Below, in pieces: positions 1-11,647 of a DNA stretch of 32,759 bases. Both the position numbers and the translations under genes were made by a program. How positions within the stretch are numbered: the stretch's first letter is position 1; every line of letters begins with the position of its first letter. The notes under the pieces were generated by a model that did no database searches, was not told where the DNA came from, and saw only the letters and a list, made by a program, of their open reading frames with translations. The stretch is taken from positions 1 through 32,759 of the forward strand of contig KZ539122.1 of assembly GCA_000934665.2 (NCBI GenBank). Reading direction: 5' to 3'. The DNA comes from Catajapyx aquilonaris (Eukaryota).

Positions 1-73
1 GGTAGGTCACTGGGGGGAGGGGGGGGGGTCAAAAAGTGGCCTAAAATCGGTCACGTGGTATTTGCACGACCCC
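1..73. mobile_element. Right end of a probable PIF/Harbinger-type MITE (truncated by window edge)
   Basis: Ends TCACGTGGTATTTGCACGACCCC followed by TAA (74-76, Harbinger-type TSD); internal poly-G; other end outside the window. Confidence 0.45.
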
Positions 74-151
74 TAATAAGGAGAGTCAGGTCGAGTCGAG
101 TTCGAGTGAGTATGGAGGTCGTTGAGGGTTACACAGCAGTTATTGCAAATA

Positions 152-264
152 GTTATATGTTGCCATGAACTAATGTAACTTTTAAACCTAACTTCACATT
201 TCAAGTAGAGTGGTAAGAAAAATATAGTCGATTCTTTGGGGGGACTACCTACTGAAACACCCTG
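152..264. mobile_element. Fragment carrying a Tc1/mariner-type terminus (CACCCTG-TA)
   Basis: GAAACACCCTG|TA at 254-266 resembles the end of the MITE at 3436-3764; bracketed by direct repeat TATTGCAAATA (141-151, 265-275). Confidence 0.35.
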
Positions 265-429
265 TATTGCAAATATTTAAACTGTCTGGTTTCACCTTAA
301 AAATAACATTTCACCTTCACCTTTCACCTTAAAAATGAACAATTCGATTATTGTACAAAGAAGCAGGAACACTTCCTCGAAATCAAATTGGTGCATGGAT
401 GAGATCCCCCAGAATATTATCCCAGCTTC

Positions 430-525
430 CAGAGCTGGGCAAGCTAACCGAAATTTTTAGCTCAGCTAACTTCCGCTAACGGCTAATTCGGTTAGTAAAC
501 CGTGGGCGGCGCTAAATTGCTAATG
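430..525 (+). mobile_element. Possible hAT-like left-end fragment with GCTAA subterminal repeats
   Basis: Starts CAGAGCTGGGCAA followed by several GCTAA(C) motifs; no matching right end seen. Confidence 0.3.
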
Positions 526-620
526 ATAGACAGCTAGAATGAGAGCTTCCAAGAAGAGAACCTCTCCTATTTTACAACCATCCTGTCACTCATGAAACCT
601 AGCCGACCATGGTCCATCGT

Positions 621-663
621 AAATCTAGGACTGTGGGGCGCCTCGCCCCACAGTCCTAGATTT
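621..663. repeat. Perfect 20-bp inverted repeat with 3-nt loop
   Basis: AAATCTAGGACTGTGGGGCG-CCT-CGCCCCACAGTCCTAGATTT. Confidence 0.9.
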
Positions 664-1149
664 CCGTGACTCAAAACCAAGAGGCCTAATATTGCTTTAT
701 GATCAATTATTATCACTGCTAAATCACGTCTATTCACGCACACTCTCATGGAAAATCACACAAGAATGCATAACTTTTTTGGCCTCTGACTCCATAGTTT
801 ATATATTATTAAAGTAGTATATTTTCTAATTTTTGCTTACTTTTTGCCTCAAACTTTATCATCATCATTATTATTATTTTCACTTCGTCAATCCAAGCGG
901 TGTGGGACAGGGCGCTCCCCAGTTGGCCAATATGTGAACTGCATATTTTCATACACATTCCCACTTGCAACTTTTCTACGTAGTGAGTGGAAGTGAGTTA
1001 ATAGGTTGACCCATTTGCAACTGTCTGAGTGGGAGGGCGCTCGATTTTCATTATGATATAATATATCGTAATGAAAATCGTCGAAAATTCTGCGGGGAGC
1101 AAAATTTCGTATCTAAATTTGTTTTATTTATTTCTAATATAGCATAAGA

Positions 1150-1228
1150 AATTTTGCGTCCCTCAGAATTTTGAGCCCGGGGCTACCGCCCCTCTGCCCC
1201 CCCCCCCCCACCCCATGTTACGCCACTG
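1150..1228. mobile_element. End of a hAT-type non-autonomous element (CAGTGGCGTAAC-type terminus)
   Basis: GCCCGGGGC..GCCCC..poly-C..GTTACGCCACTG ending 1228; partner end not found. Confidence 0.45.
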
Positions 1229-2174
1229 CCCGCCCCGTGTTCTAGTGAATGTTTCTCAATGTTACAAAGCGTTACAAATTCCTTTGCACTTTCTGGGTGA
1301 ATCGGTAAAGGTCAGAACCGAACAGAAAAACCATCCCGGTAAAAATTTCCACTGGGAAAAGTTCCGACCATGCAGCATCAGGGTATGAACCATTTAACAT
1401 TTGGTACCATGCATGCATAATTCCATAGCTATGTTTTCCCGACCCGCATTCCACGTGCTCAGTGATGAAGGAAGAGTATGATTAGCATAGCATGAGCCCT
1501 TCCTGCGCAGTCTCACTCAGGCATGGATATAGTGGCCATTACGGCTTCCAATAGAGGTCTGTAACCTACTCTCCAATTTGGTTTAACAAGATCTTTTTGA
1601 TGCGCTGTTATTATTGTATCAGTCTAATAGACTAACCACCCGGGGGAACGCATGACAAGGCTTTTTTTCCGGCATTAGACTACATAGTACCTATACACCT
1701 CACCTCTCTCTGCATTCATGATGAGTCCGGGTGATACACGAAAGGTACCAAGATGTACCGCCAGTACCGGTAATAAGAAAAATAATGAACATACTTGCGA
1801 GATAACCCACACAGCTTGATGAAAAGTACTACCAGGATTGAAGCAATCTGGTGCACTATTTAATATATTTCAAAAACCGGACGGGATCCATTCCCTATAC
1901 GTCAGGGTCAGGCCTGTGACAATTAATGGTACTGTCGAGTTACTGTGTGCACGTTTTCTACGCTGCTGAAAAGTTTATTTGCAAGTGGCTATTGCACTAA
2001 ATATTTCTTCCGAAAACATATTGGAAAAATAATGGGACCGCCGAGTTTTTAAACTGCAGTGTTCTCCCGAAGTAATTTGTTAAACTTATTTGAATATAAA
2101 AGTGAAATCATTTTCTCGTGGAATTGGACTACTGCAATTATAAATATCTGGAATTTGGGTATTAGTAGGCCTAT

Positions 2175-2228
2175 AATAGTTGCACGGACGTGATCATCAT
2201 ATATGATGATCACGTCCGTGCAACTATT
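2175..2228. repeat. Perfect 54-bp spacer-less palindrome
   Basis: AATAGTTGCACGGACGTGATCATCATA|TATGATGATCACGTCCGTGCAACTATT; all 27 pairs checked. Confidence 0.95.
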
Positions 2229-3435
2229 TTTCCAACTTTATATTTTGCTAAACCATGCACTTCGTGCATCAGACATCGACATCTGGCTTTCTCGGTATGT
2301 TACAACCTACGAGTAAAGTTTAAAAATAACCGACAAAACTTGTGACATTGGCCTGATACGGAGTGACATTGTGCGTCACACTAGGAATTTAATATTAATA
2401 ATATTCTCTGTGGTATATTCTCATAACGCTATTGATTTTTCCTCCTGAATCTTACATAACTGGCTGAATAGTATTGTGGCAGCACAGCAGACAATACACT
2501 AGCCGAGGAATTTCCTAACTACGCCGCCTCACCATGACACGTTTTGAAGGCGAATCCTTCCTAGTTGATAAATCTGTTGCAGTCTCCTTGATAGATTTCT
2601 TGGCTTATTTTTTTCAATCGAATGCATGATTTCTGCCAGAAACCATTATTTTATTTTCGGAACATTTCCCTTTTTCTCTTTCAATAATAAGTTATCTTGC
2701 AAACACTTCTTGTAGACACGAAATTATGACAACTGAAGAACTGTTTAATTTTTCATATTATTTTCTAATACGTTTTATCAGAAGTATATCTTCTGTAGGC
2801 CTATAATTTTTCTAAGATAAAACTGCAGGTAGTTTATTTGTGTGGTATGACCGAAGCAAGTGCAGCTTTGTAAGCAATACAAATAACCTTCTTAATTCCT
2901 TTTTCGTAAGGACAGGGCACGCAATGTGAAAAGTGGTCCTATCTATACTCACCACGCTTAGCCCTACTTTTTGACCCTTGTCACTGGAAAGTTATTAGAA
3001 TTATTCATTCTCGCCAATGCAATGGAATGCAACACAATTAACCAAAAGCAACAAAATGCAGGTGCTAAATCATTAATATAGGGAGTTATAAAATCCAGAA
3101 ATATGTGCAACAATAATTTACACTTGTCATGACTATCAGAAATTTTTAGTGTTATTTAAACACGTCATTGTTTATGAGATGCATAAATCAATGTCAGTTA
3201 AAGAAAACTGACAATGTAATAGACCCTAGTGAAATGCCTGGCCATTTTCTAAATACACTAATTCCAGGATCTGAAATTTTCTCTTTCAATTTTGACACAT
3301 AGCTTAATGAAATACTGTATACATCATCTCCGAAAGCATGAACCCAAAAGTTCAATACTGCAGGCTGATGATGTCAATGTGGAATATGTAGTCAATGAAA
3401 AGAAAATAAATAAGTAATTCATTTCTTATATTATA

Positions 3436-3764
3436 CAGGGCGTCTTATCTTTTTTGTCCGAACAGTTATCGGAAAATTGCGCGTAGCTGCTACTTTTAAG
3501 CAGTGACTTGCAACCGGTGATTTGTCGGAGGAATGGGGAATGTGGAAAAAGAGGGTCACACATCCCATGGCATGTGTGACCCTATTTTTTCCAGGCTTGA
3601 CCCTCAATTTTCAGCGGGCAGCACGTATGCCACTTCAACCTACGATTCGCAGGGAATATTCCCCGTTCCTCCGAAAAATCACCGTTTGCAAGTCACTGCT
3701 TAAAAAATAGCAGCTACACGCAATTTTCCGATAATTGTTCGGACAAAAAAGATGGGACACCCTG
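3436..3764. mobile_element. Tc1/mariner-type MITE (329 bp) with ~105-bp TIRs and TA TSD
   Basis: TA|CAGGGCGTC...GACACCCTG|TA; long imperfect inverted arms ~3436-3541 vs ~3658-3764; internal near-perfect palindrome 3543-3593. Confidence 0.88.
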
Positions 3765-4099
3765 TATAGAGTAAATGAAATCATCACGGTACACGTCCCT
3801 ATGAACATGATTTTACTGTACGTGAGAAACGCAGCAGGTCGTATGTGTTCGGAGATTATTACGTTTCCTAATTCCACAGTAATCATATACTGTACTTAAT
3901 ACATGTAAGTGTGCACGTATATCGCAAAAGTCAGCTTTATTAATATATGATACACATATTTTTATACACTAATGTTTACACTTACAAGTTGTATTTAACT
4001 TCCTTACAGACCTTTATAAGTGTGTTGCCCTAGTCCTACAACTTACCCCTGCGAAATATGAAAATCTTTAAATGACATAGGTCAAATAAACCTATAGGT

Positions 4100-5241
4100 G
4101 ACCTACAGACTGCTACAGTGTGATTAGGCAACGGTCCAACTTCTAAAAGAGGAACCGAAACGATGGAATATGGAAATCTGAACCATAAATTAACGCCTTT
4201 AATAGAGCAGCCCTACGGCCTCTTATTATCATCTCTCCTCAACTGGGAACAAACAGAATTCCATTAGTTTTGTGAATATCAACCAGATCTCGACCAAGAC
4301 CCACTTTCGTACGAAATTAGTGTGCCAGCGTTACTTCTCTTCTGGAAAATTTTGATCCTCGGTGCTTTGAGGAGATGGTCAACTACTGGCCCTCGTAAAG
4401 ATGACGTCATTCGTGCAAATTGGCACAGTTCCTATTTGCCTTGGCAATGAAATAGGACTTCCAGATGGACTGTCTAGTAGTAGTGGACCTCAGCCAAGTT
4501 TCTTAAATTTATTGATTCCAGAAGTTTCAGGTCTCTTTTGGGATGCCAAATGACCATTTAGCTGCCCATCTTTTTCAATTCTGTCTCGTGCGAGGTGGCC
4601 TGGGAAAGTTGGGTGGAAGTTTCATGCTCAAGAGTCAAGATGTAGCCAATTTTATCGACTCTGGGGTTACAGTACTACGAACACGATATTATAGGTGAAG
4701 CATGCATGATGAAATTAATACGCAGTTGTGAATTTCCGATACCTCAGTTACCAGAAGTGTACCGGCTGCGTAGTATTCATACCAATGATGGACACCATTT
4801 AATTTGCATTGATTCGCGGATTGTACCATTTAGATGGATATATTGAAAAGTGAACTGAAGTCTGACAGATGAATTCACTGATGAGTAGAGGTGAATGGAA
4901 ATAATGGGACTTGAATATTGAATTCAGATGAATGGGACTAATAATAATTGGAAAATCTGGCCAACTGGCCAGCTAATGGGGTAAAATAAAAAAATAAAAA
5001 ATAAAAAAATAATTGGAAAATGAATGGCGAATTGAATTGTGATGATTTTAAGTTGAACGGGAACGGAATTGAATTAGATGATAGTGACAAATGAATAATT
5101 TGAAACTGAATTACAGGTACCTTAATATATTGAGATAATTCATTTTCAAATTAACTCTGACCATCTCTAATTCAGAAGTGTTTAAGTACTATCCCCCTAA
5201 AAATGGCCAATTGGCCAGATAATGGGGTAACTGAAAAAAAA
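4100..5241 (+). mobile_element. Possible highly decayed 3' part of a LINE ending in the CCCC-hairpin-GGGGTAA-A tail
   Basis: Tail at 5193-5241 is clear; 4518-4581 reads PEVSGLFWDA/(frameshift)NDHLAAHLFQF, resembling the FRLxTGHDxLxxHLxR motif of arthropod I-group LINE ORF2; left boundary unknown. Confidence 0.3.
4957..5007 (+). mobile_element. 51-bp 5'-truncated retroposon insertion (hairpin + GGGGTAA + A-rich tail)
   Basis: CTGGCC-AACT-GGCCAG-CTAAT-GGGGTAA-AATAAAAAAA...; perfect 14-bp TSD AATAATTGGAAAAT at 4943-4956 and 5008-5021. Confidence 0.8.
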
Positions 5242-6386
5242 CTAATGCTAGGACCTATGTAACGGTCAGTTTCTGGAACACCATAATATGAATATTGAGA
5301 AATAAACATTATGCAATCATCTCACTGACATGTCAAATAATGAACGTTTTGACGGCCATCATACTACTTGTATATACGGTACTGTAGATATAGCATCATA
5401 CTATATAGCTACTTATACGTGTATCTACATTGTACTCTACTGTACCTTCATAAATTAATTACTATACCCACTTTTATCATCATTGTCGCTAGGCTGCTAA
5501 TGAAGTATAGTCTACTTACTGCCTTTAGAAGTGAATGACCAAGGCGTCCTCTACCAATGTTATTAAACATATTTTTCTTCCTAATAATAGCTTCTCTACG
5601 ACCACGTGCTAAGGTTATTCCGTCTCATTTTCTATGCGCATATTTGACATTTCCATCAAAGAATGATGGAAATATATTGACATGGCCTTTAATCTGTCGC
5701 CATAACCGATAAAATGAACAGGTCGTGTTTACAATAGGCAAATTCCAATTTCCTTTTGTTTTCCTTTCATCCTGCAGAGTATTACAACATGCTTTTGCAG
5801 CACTCTTAACAGCTGAGAGTTCACTCCGGAACCTATCTCGCCCCGAGTTAGGCTACACGATCGGTAATTCCGGGTAATTCCCTCAAATATAGGCCGTTTC
5901 TTAGCAACTGGAACGTAAGCAGGATGTCGGTTTGGTGACATTAGTATGGTCATAAAAGTCGTCGAACTTTACGACCTTTAAAAGCACTACATTTGGGAGA
6001 AACATCAATTGGGTGGGGTCAAAGGACTGATGGAACCAATTGAAATGGCCTTGATGATACTGCACCGAGAGCTCTTACCACAGGGTGCGGATGGGGATAT
6101 TTTGGCCGCTGTAATATATATGCAATCAAGTGGCTCTTGCATATCATTCCTACATTTTTATGCGACGTATAGATTACGTGGAATCTGTCCGCTCTGGGCA
6201 GTTACGGTCATTCGTTTTTGTTTTGAGTGCGCAATATTGGGTTTTGAATCTAGCTGTTTGGAACTCATAAGTTAGTCTGACTCGCTAAATCAATTACGAG
6301 TACCGAGGCATGCCATTGTCTGCACAACAACTTGTAAAATGTTTTAGTAGCGACATAATTGTTTCACCTGTGAATAATTTATCTCT

Positions 6387-6736
6387 CTTTTTTTTTACGT
6401 TACCCCGTGATAAGGCTGAGCCTTTTTAGGGGGGGGGGGTGGAATACCACCATTTCACTCCATTTTCCTATATTAACTTCATTCACCGGTGCAAGGAGAC
6501 AAGGATGTAGGGTAGGGATAGGGATTTTTGGGGAGGGAACATTGGTGCAAGTGCAATGTCGGTAAAGGGATCATGTGCTGTTCCCCAGGAGGTTAGGTTG
6601 CCAGACACCTCCTTGGTGCAGGTCAGAGACCCTCCTGACGCAGGTGAAAGGAAAGTTCCCCAGGCGGGGATCGAACCTGGGGCCTTTCACTCAGCAAGCC
6701 GAGACGTTACCATCTCGGGCATCTATACACCTCCCC
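6387..6736 (-). mobile_element. tRNA-derived SINE, family A copy 1
   Basis: Minus-strand A box TGCCCGAGATGG (6710-6721), B box GGTTCGATCCC (6667-6677); homologous to 11648-12021 and 12235-12608; A tail; 16-bp TSD TGAATAATTYATCTCT (6371-6386, 6737-6752; 1 mismatch). Confidence 0.92.
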
Positions 6737-7467
6737 TGAATAATTCATCTCTTCTGAGGACTTAAAATAAAGTAGGAAAGAAAGATTTCTCTGTCGCGGT
6801 AAGGATCAGTAATATTTCTCAAACTAATACATGAAGGACTCTATGAAGTGTAAAATTATGTTGATCAAATAATATAGCAACACTATTGGATGCAGTAAAA
6901 GTAGTTTATAAAAAAGGCAGTAGAACCTAAGCTTGTTGACGAGGTCCACAAAGAGCCGGTGGCAGTGACCAGACTTAATATACGATAACAATACTATTAT
7001 TTACTGGCGCGCCAACTTCAGTTAGGAGCGTACCCGAATGCGTTAAATCACACGAATGTTAGGTGACTTATGTGCCATCAGGTAGAATGGCATTGAAATT
7101 TCATTGCCCTTATCATGTAGCAGTGCCAGAGGGGAAAGGGGTATTTTGGGACATGTTTATAGAATTTAGTGTCAGTAATATTTTCATTACAATAGGAGTC
7201 GATATTTTAATAATGCCATCACCAGCCTGTTTCATATTATGAAAACTGAAATGTCTAATTTTACTACTGAGAGAATATATTTTTATGGCACACATGTCCA
7301 AAATAGGGTCCTAATAAGGGCTATTTCGAATACATCCGTTTGGCTTTTAAAATGTTTAACCAATTCCACTCCTCCCCCGAGCCACACTATAGCTGCTGCT
7401 CCTACTACTACACACACACCAAGTCGATCGAAGTTTTTTTTTTTTTTAAAAAAAAAAACCGTACAAC

Positions 7468-7663
7468 TCACGGATGCGCGGGAAAAAGTGCCCAAGTCAA
7501 AAAATAATAATTTTCTTCCTTAGGCTAATTTTCTCCCGAATCCGAGTCTTATCAATGAGGTGGATTATTTATAGAGGTGACTGCTCGGATTCGGGGGGAA
7601 AAGCGCATAAGTCAAAAAATGATTTTTTTTTTGACTTATGCTCTTTTTCCCGCGCATCCGAGA
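7468..7663. mobile_element. Fold-back non-autonomous DNA element (double hairpin), superfamily uncertain
   Basis: Arms CGGATGCGCGGGAAAAAGWGC..AAGTCAAAAAA at 7471-7504 and inverted at ~7627-7660; related inner copies at 7529-7546 (inverted) and 7584-7619 (direct); no clear TSD. Confidence 0.7.
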
Positions 7664-8013
7664 ACTAATGTTGAGCACCTTCGCCGCTAGGCCTATTCCT
7701 TCTCATCTCGGTCAATCTCTATATCTTCTCGCCTGCCAAATATTTTCTGGAGAGCTGGCGGAAAAACAAGTAAGGGTGACTCCTTGTAAGCCTAGACCAC
7801 CCTGAGAATGCTGAAAAACGTACTTGAACTGTTGGAAAAGGACGTACCTTTCTGCCTGACTATACGTACAGGATATATTCAAAATTAAAGCAGAGTCTAC
7901 AGCTACACTCGTAGGAGTTTTCAAACGAGAAAAAAAAATTTCAATAGCGGATCATTTGTAACTGTATAATAATGCGGTACGCCTCCTTGTACCGGCATCA
8001 TTAGGCTGGCAAT

Positions 8014-8316
8014 CAGGGGCGGATCCAGGGGGGGGGGGGNNNNNNNNNNNNNNNNNNNNNNNNNNNNNNNNNNNNNNNNNNNNNNNNNNNNNNNNNNNNN
8101 NNNNNNNNNNNNNNNNNNNNNNNNNNNNNNNNNNNNNNNNNNNNNNNNNNNNNNNNNNNNNNNNNNNNNNNNNNNNNNNNNNNNNNNNNNNNNNNNNNNN
8201 NNNNNNNNNNNNNNNNNNNNNCAAACGCCACCAAGTCTGCGGTATGGTACAGAACAGTCCGACGGGACCATGAAGGCATGACCCCCCCCCAAATCGAAAG
8301 TCTGGATCCGCCCCTG
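8014..8316. mobile_element. hAT-type MITE spanning the assembly gap
   Basis: Perfect 15-bp TIR CAGGGGCGGATCCAG / CTGGATCCGCCCCTG; perfect 8-bp TSD CTGGCAAT (8006-8013, 8317-8324). Confidence 0.92.
8040..8221. other. Assembly gap (182 N) following a poly-G run
   Basis: Run of N in the sequence. Confidence 0.99.
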
Positions 8317-9226
8317 CTGGCAATTATTATTAAGCCTCAAATTTGAGCCATGTTATGCCTCCAATATGGCATGTGGGCGTTGTAGTTGTAGTACTTCTAG
8401 CTTTTGCTACTTCTTTTAATGAATCAACTTTGACGTAGACAGAACTTTCTATAGCTATCGCAGGAAGAAGGCAAGATGATTCTCCTTTTAATAACTTTCC
8501 ATAACACTCCTATTACCCCTTCAAGCAACTGATTAGACACAGTTTTATGCCTTATTAATGGAGTTAGGCTAACAGGAAGCAATAAAGACTGAGCGAGTCC
8601 TCATGTGTCGGTCACTCTAATGTCAGCGATAAGACGTATCAAAATAATGCTTTGTCATGTCTGGCAGTTAACAGAGTTGTCAGACGCATACTCATCAGAT
8701 GCAATGCTCAGTATTTTCCGCAATAAAACGAGTCGATTGCTCTTATATAATCAAGCAGGATACAGTATACATGGGAAAGAAATTGCTTGCGATTGAGTTA
8801 TCAACCGATTCAGAACTTCCACAACTATCGCTAATTATTGACTCCCACCTCATCCTTTGGTTTCTTCATCGTATGCAACAAGCGTGATGATTGGAGACAT
8901 CTGCGCACGCAGGTAATTACTAATTAGCAGGCAAAGTGTTCCCTCGTGACACACACTCCCACGTGGGCATCGCCTGACCCTCACGTGTCCTTTACTATTC
9001 CAGACGTGTAGCTTGTACTGTACCTTTTATTTCATGCGGTATGCATATTGGATGCCTCCATTATCACAGGAATCGATACGTCCTTCACCTTCGGGACCAA
9101 TACAGTATTCGCAGTATATAAAAGATAATATAATTGCGTAATAATTTTTCTTTAATATTATTGCGTAACACCAAGATATTTAGTGTGAAAATTTTGTGTA
9201 TGTGTGTGAAATAATAAATAAATAAA

Positions 9227-9500
9227 GGGCGGCATGGTGGTCTAGCGGTTACGTCGCTGGCCAGCCAAGCGGGAGGCCGGGGTTCAAATCCCGTCCCCGT
9301 CACCTCTGCTTGGCAGGGTCTTTTTCCGCTTTTCTCCCGACATGCCGGAGGAGAATTGCACTCCCTTCTCTGCTCGGGGCCAGGAGAAAAGGCCTGGTGT
9401 TAAAGAATGTCAGACATGGCTATCGCACGGCGCCCTCCCTTGGGAACTTCCCCTTCCCCCCTAAGAGGGCCACGAGCTCTATCACAGGGTAACAAAATAA

Positions 9501-9548
<48 letters not shown>
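9227..9548 (+). mobile_element. tRNA-Gly(GCC)-like SINE, family B, with (TAAA)n tail
   Basis: A box TGGTCTAGCGG 9238-9248, B box GGTTCAAATCC 9281-9291; GCCAGCCAAGCGGGAGGCCGGGGTTC resembles tRNA-Gly-GCC; 3' end CCCCCCTAAG..TATCACAGGGTAA then (TAAA)n; 5' flank AAATAATAAATAAATAAA likely a TSD merged with the tail. Confidence 0.88.
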
Positions 9549-11647
9549 GTCCCCTGTGGGTATAGTACCTTTCAGGAGACACGCAATTACTAGACTACAC
9601 ATACTACTTCATATTTCAAGCAGGACCAAAAAAAAAAATCGTGGTCTTATAAAATTTTACGGTAGACTATATTTTCAGCTCAGCAGAAAAAAAATGCATG
9701 AAATAGGGATGGCGGCGCATTTTTACGGTATGACATAAAAGTTTAAATTCTTGTTCAAAGCCGGGGGGGGGGGGGGGGNGGGGGGACCCGGAACAATAGG
9801 TAGATTATTTTTGGTGAAATATCGTGAAAATCTGTTTACAGATTGAGTGAAGGAGTATGTTGGGGAAGTTCTTTAGAAATCTACGATGGGTGCCCAAGGT
9901 GATGTTAGACAATATTATTGTAGAGAGCACAAGAGAGAGGAAACTTCATCTTCGTCGCATTTCAATAATATAATTATAATCTTTTATTATAAACCTCTTT
10001 GAATTGCAGCAATGGAATATTTCCTCACTTTTGTCATGTATTATGCTGAGTTGCACGCTTTTTCCGTTATCTCCTAAGTGTCAAGAGCGGATAATTTTCT
10101 TTTTTGGTCGTCAAGCAACCCTTCAATTGATGCAGAGAATTTAACATTAGTATGTTGTAAATGCCAAATAAAAAGGCGCTAAGCTTTTCTTATCTTAAAT
10201 AAGGGAGGAGGAAAATACTCTTGCTGCGTGCAGCGTGCTATTCCGAGAAAATATAGATATCTCCAACGATGACAAGCCCTTCTCTTGACAGCTCTCGTGC
10301 CAAGCAAAAACCCTGTCCAATGCATTCCTAAGAGTGCTCCTGACGTCAACATATTGTCTTTGGTATGTGCTTTATGAGAATACTACTTAATCAAATAATG
10401 AGATAGACATTTCCGAGACTTTGACTACTCGTAATTGAATAGCTTGATGTATAAATTATGAGAGAAAAGGAAGGATACTCATTCTGAAGAAAACCAATGC
10501 CAGTTATTGGAGGCACAGTATTATTATGAATCATGCCTCACCCTTATAATAATTATAATTTATTCGAGATAATGATTAACTTGCTTGCTCTAGCTGAGTA
10601 AGTACTGAATAAACGCGATCAACCTTATTCATATTCATGTACATTTTTCCCCATTTAAATACCAGACTGATAATGTCTATGGCTATCTGTTGTCGTGTTG
10701 TATGACAATGTCACACAAATCAGGGACTGAAGTAGCGAATATAATGTGACATTAATCGTGTGGACAATAGTTTTTCGGCATTTGTGAATGTCTCATCCGT
10801 CCTTTTGTTCTCGACCTGTCTGTTCAGTAGGAGACGTGCAAGTTTGTATGGATTGTACAACAAACAATAGCAGAGATGTTGCGTTAATCATACACAATAG
10901 TTAAAGGTGCACAATTAAATGTCCGTAACATGCTATACCTTCCACACTAGAACCGCAGACTACCGTCCTATGAAGAATTAATATCCCATATGTGGCCAGT
11001 TTAAATGCCAGGTAAAACTTGTAGTTCAAACGACAAAATGAGTATAATTATATCCTTTCAACTGATTTTTACCGTGGCATCAGTTACAATAAATTCAATG
11101 AAATACTCGTATATATGATTCAAATTATTTTAATACTGTATTGAGTTGATGCTTAGTGTTTTGTGTCGGTATGCTGACAACTATTAGGAGAATGCTATGA
11201 ACTGAATGATTGGTAGCCTACTTTTTGTAAGAATATTATATCATAAATCTGGAACTACGGTACTTTACATTTATCATCTTTTAAATTTAATTTAGAGGTT
11301 CAATATTTCTATTGCTCATTTTGAAGGTATAGGCTACTGTATGGCACATAATTATTGCTGGTAATGACAACAATGTTTCCGCTTGATATTTTTGTACAAT
11401 GTGTTAAGATGAAGATAGCCCAAGCTTAAGGCAGAAACAATGAACCGCCTTATCTAAATTCTAGCCTCCCATCCAAACCAAAACTTGAAAACTCAGGACG
11501 GTAATGCTTTAAATAATAGCCTACGCTGAATTGTTGTGCATTTGCATATTATCATTTCCGAGGTGCCTGGTAGTCTACACTGAGCGCTACCTTATGTCAA
11601 ATGCACGACATATGACAACTCCGTTTCTTTGCATCTTATCGCCATGA

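Noticed and set aside
7921..8340. ORFs of 88-139 aa on the minus strand
   Set aside because: Open only because they cross the N gap inside a MITE.
9227..9302. Functional tRNA-Gly gene
   Set aside because: Acceptor and anticodon stems do not pair properly, and the sequence continues into a SINE body and tail.
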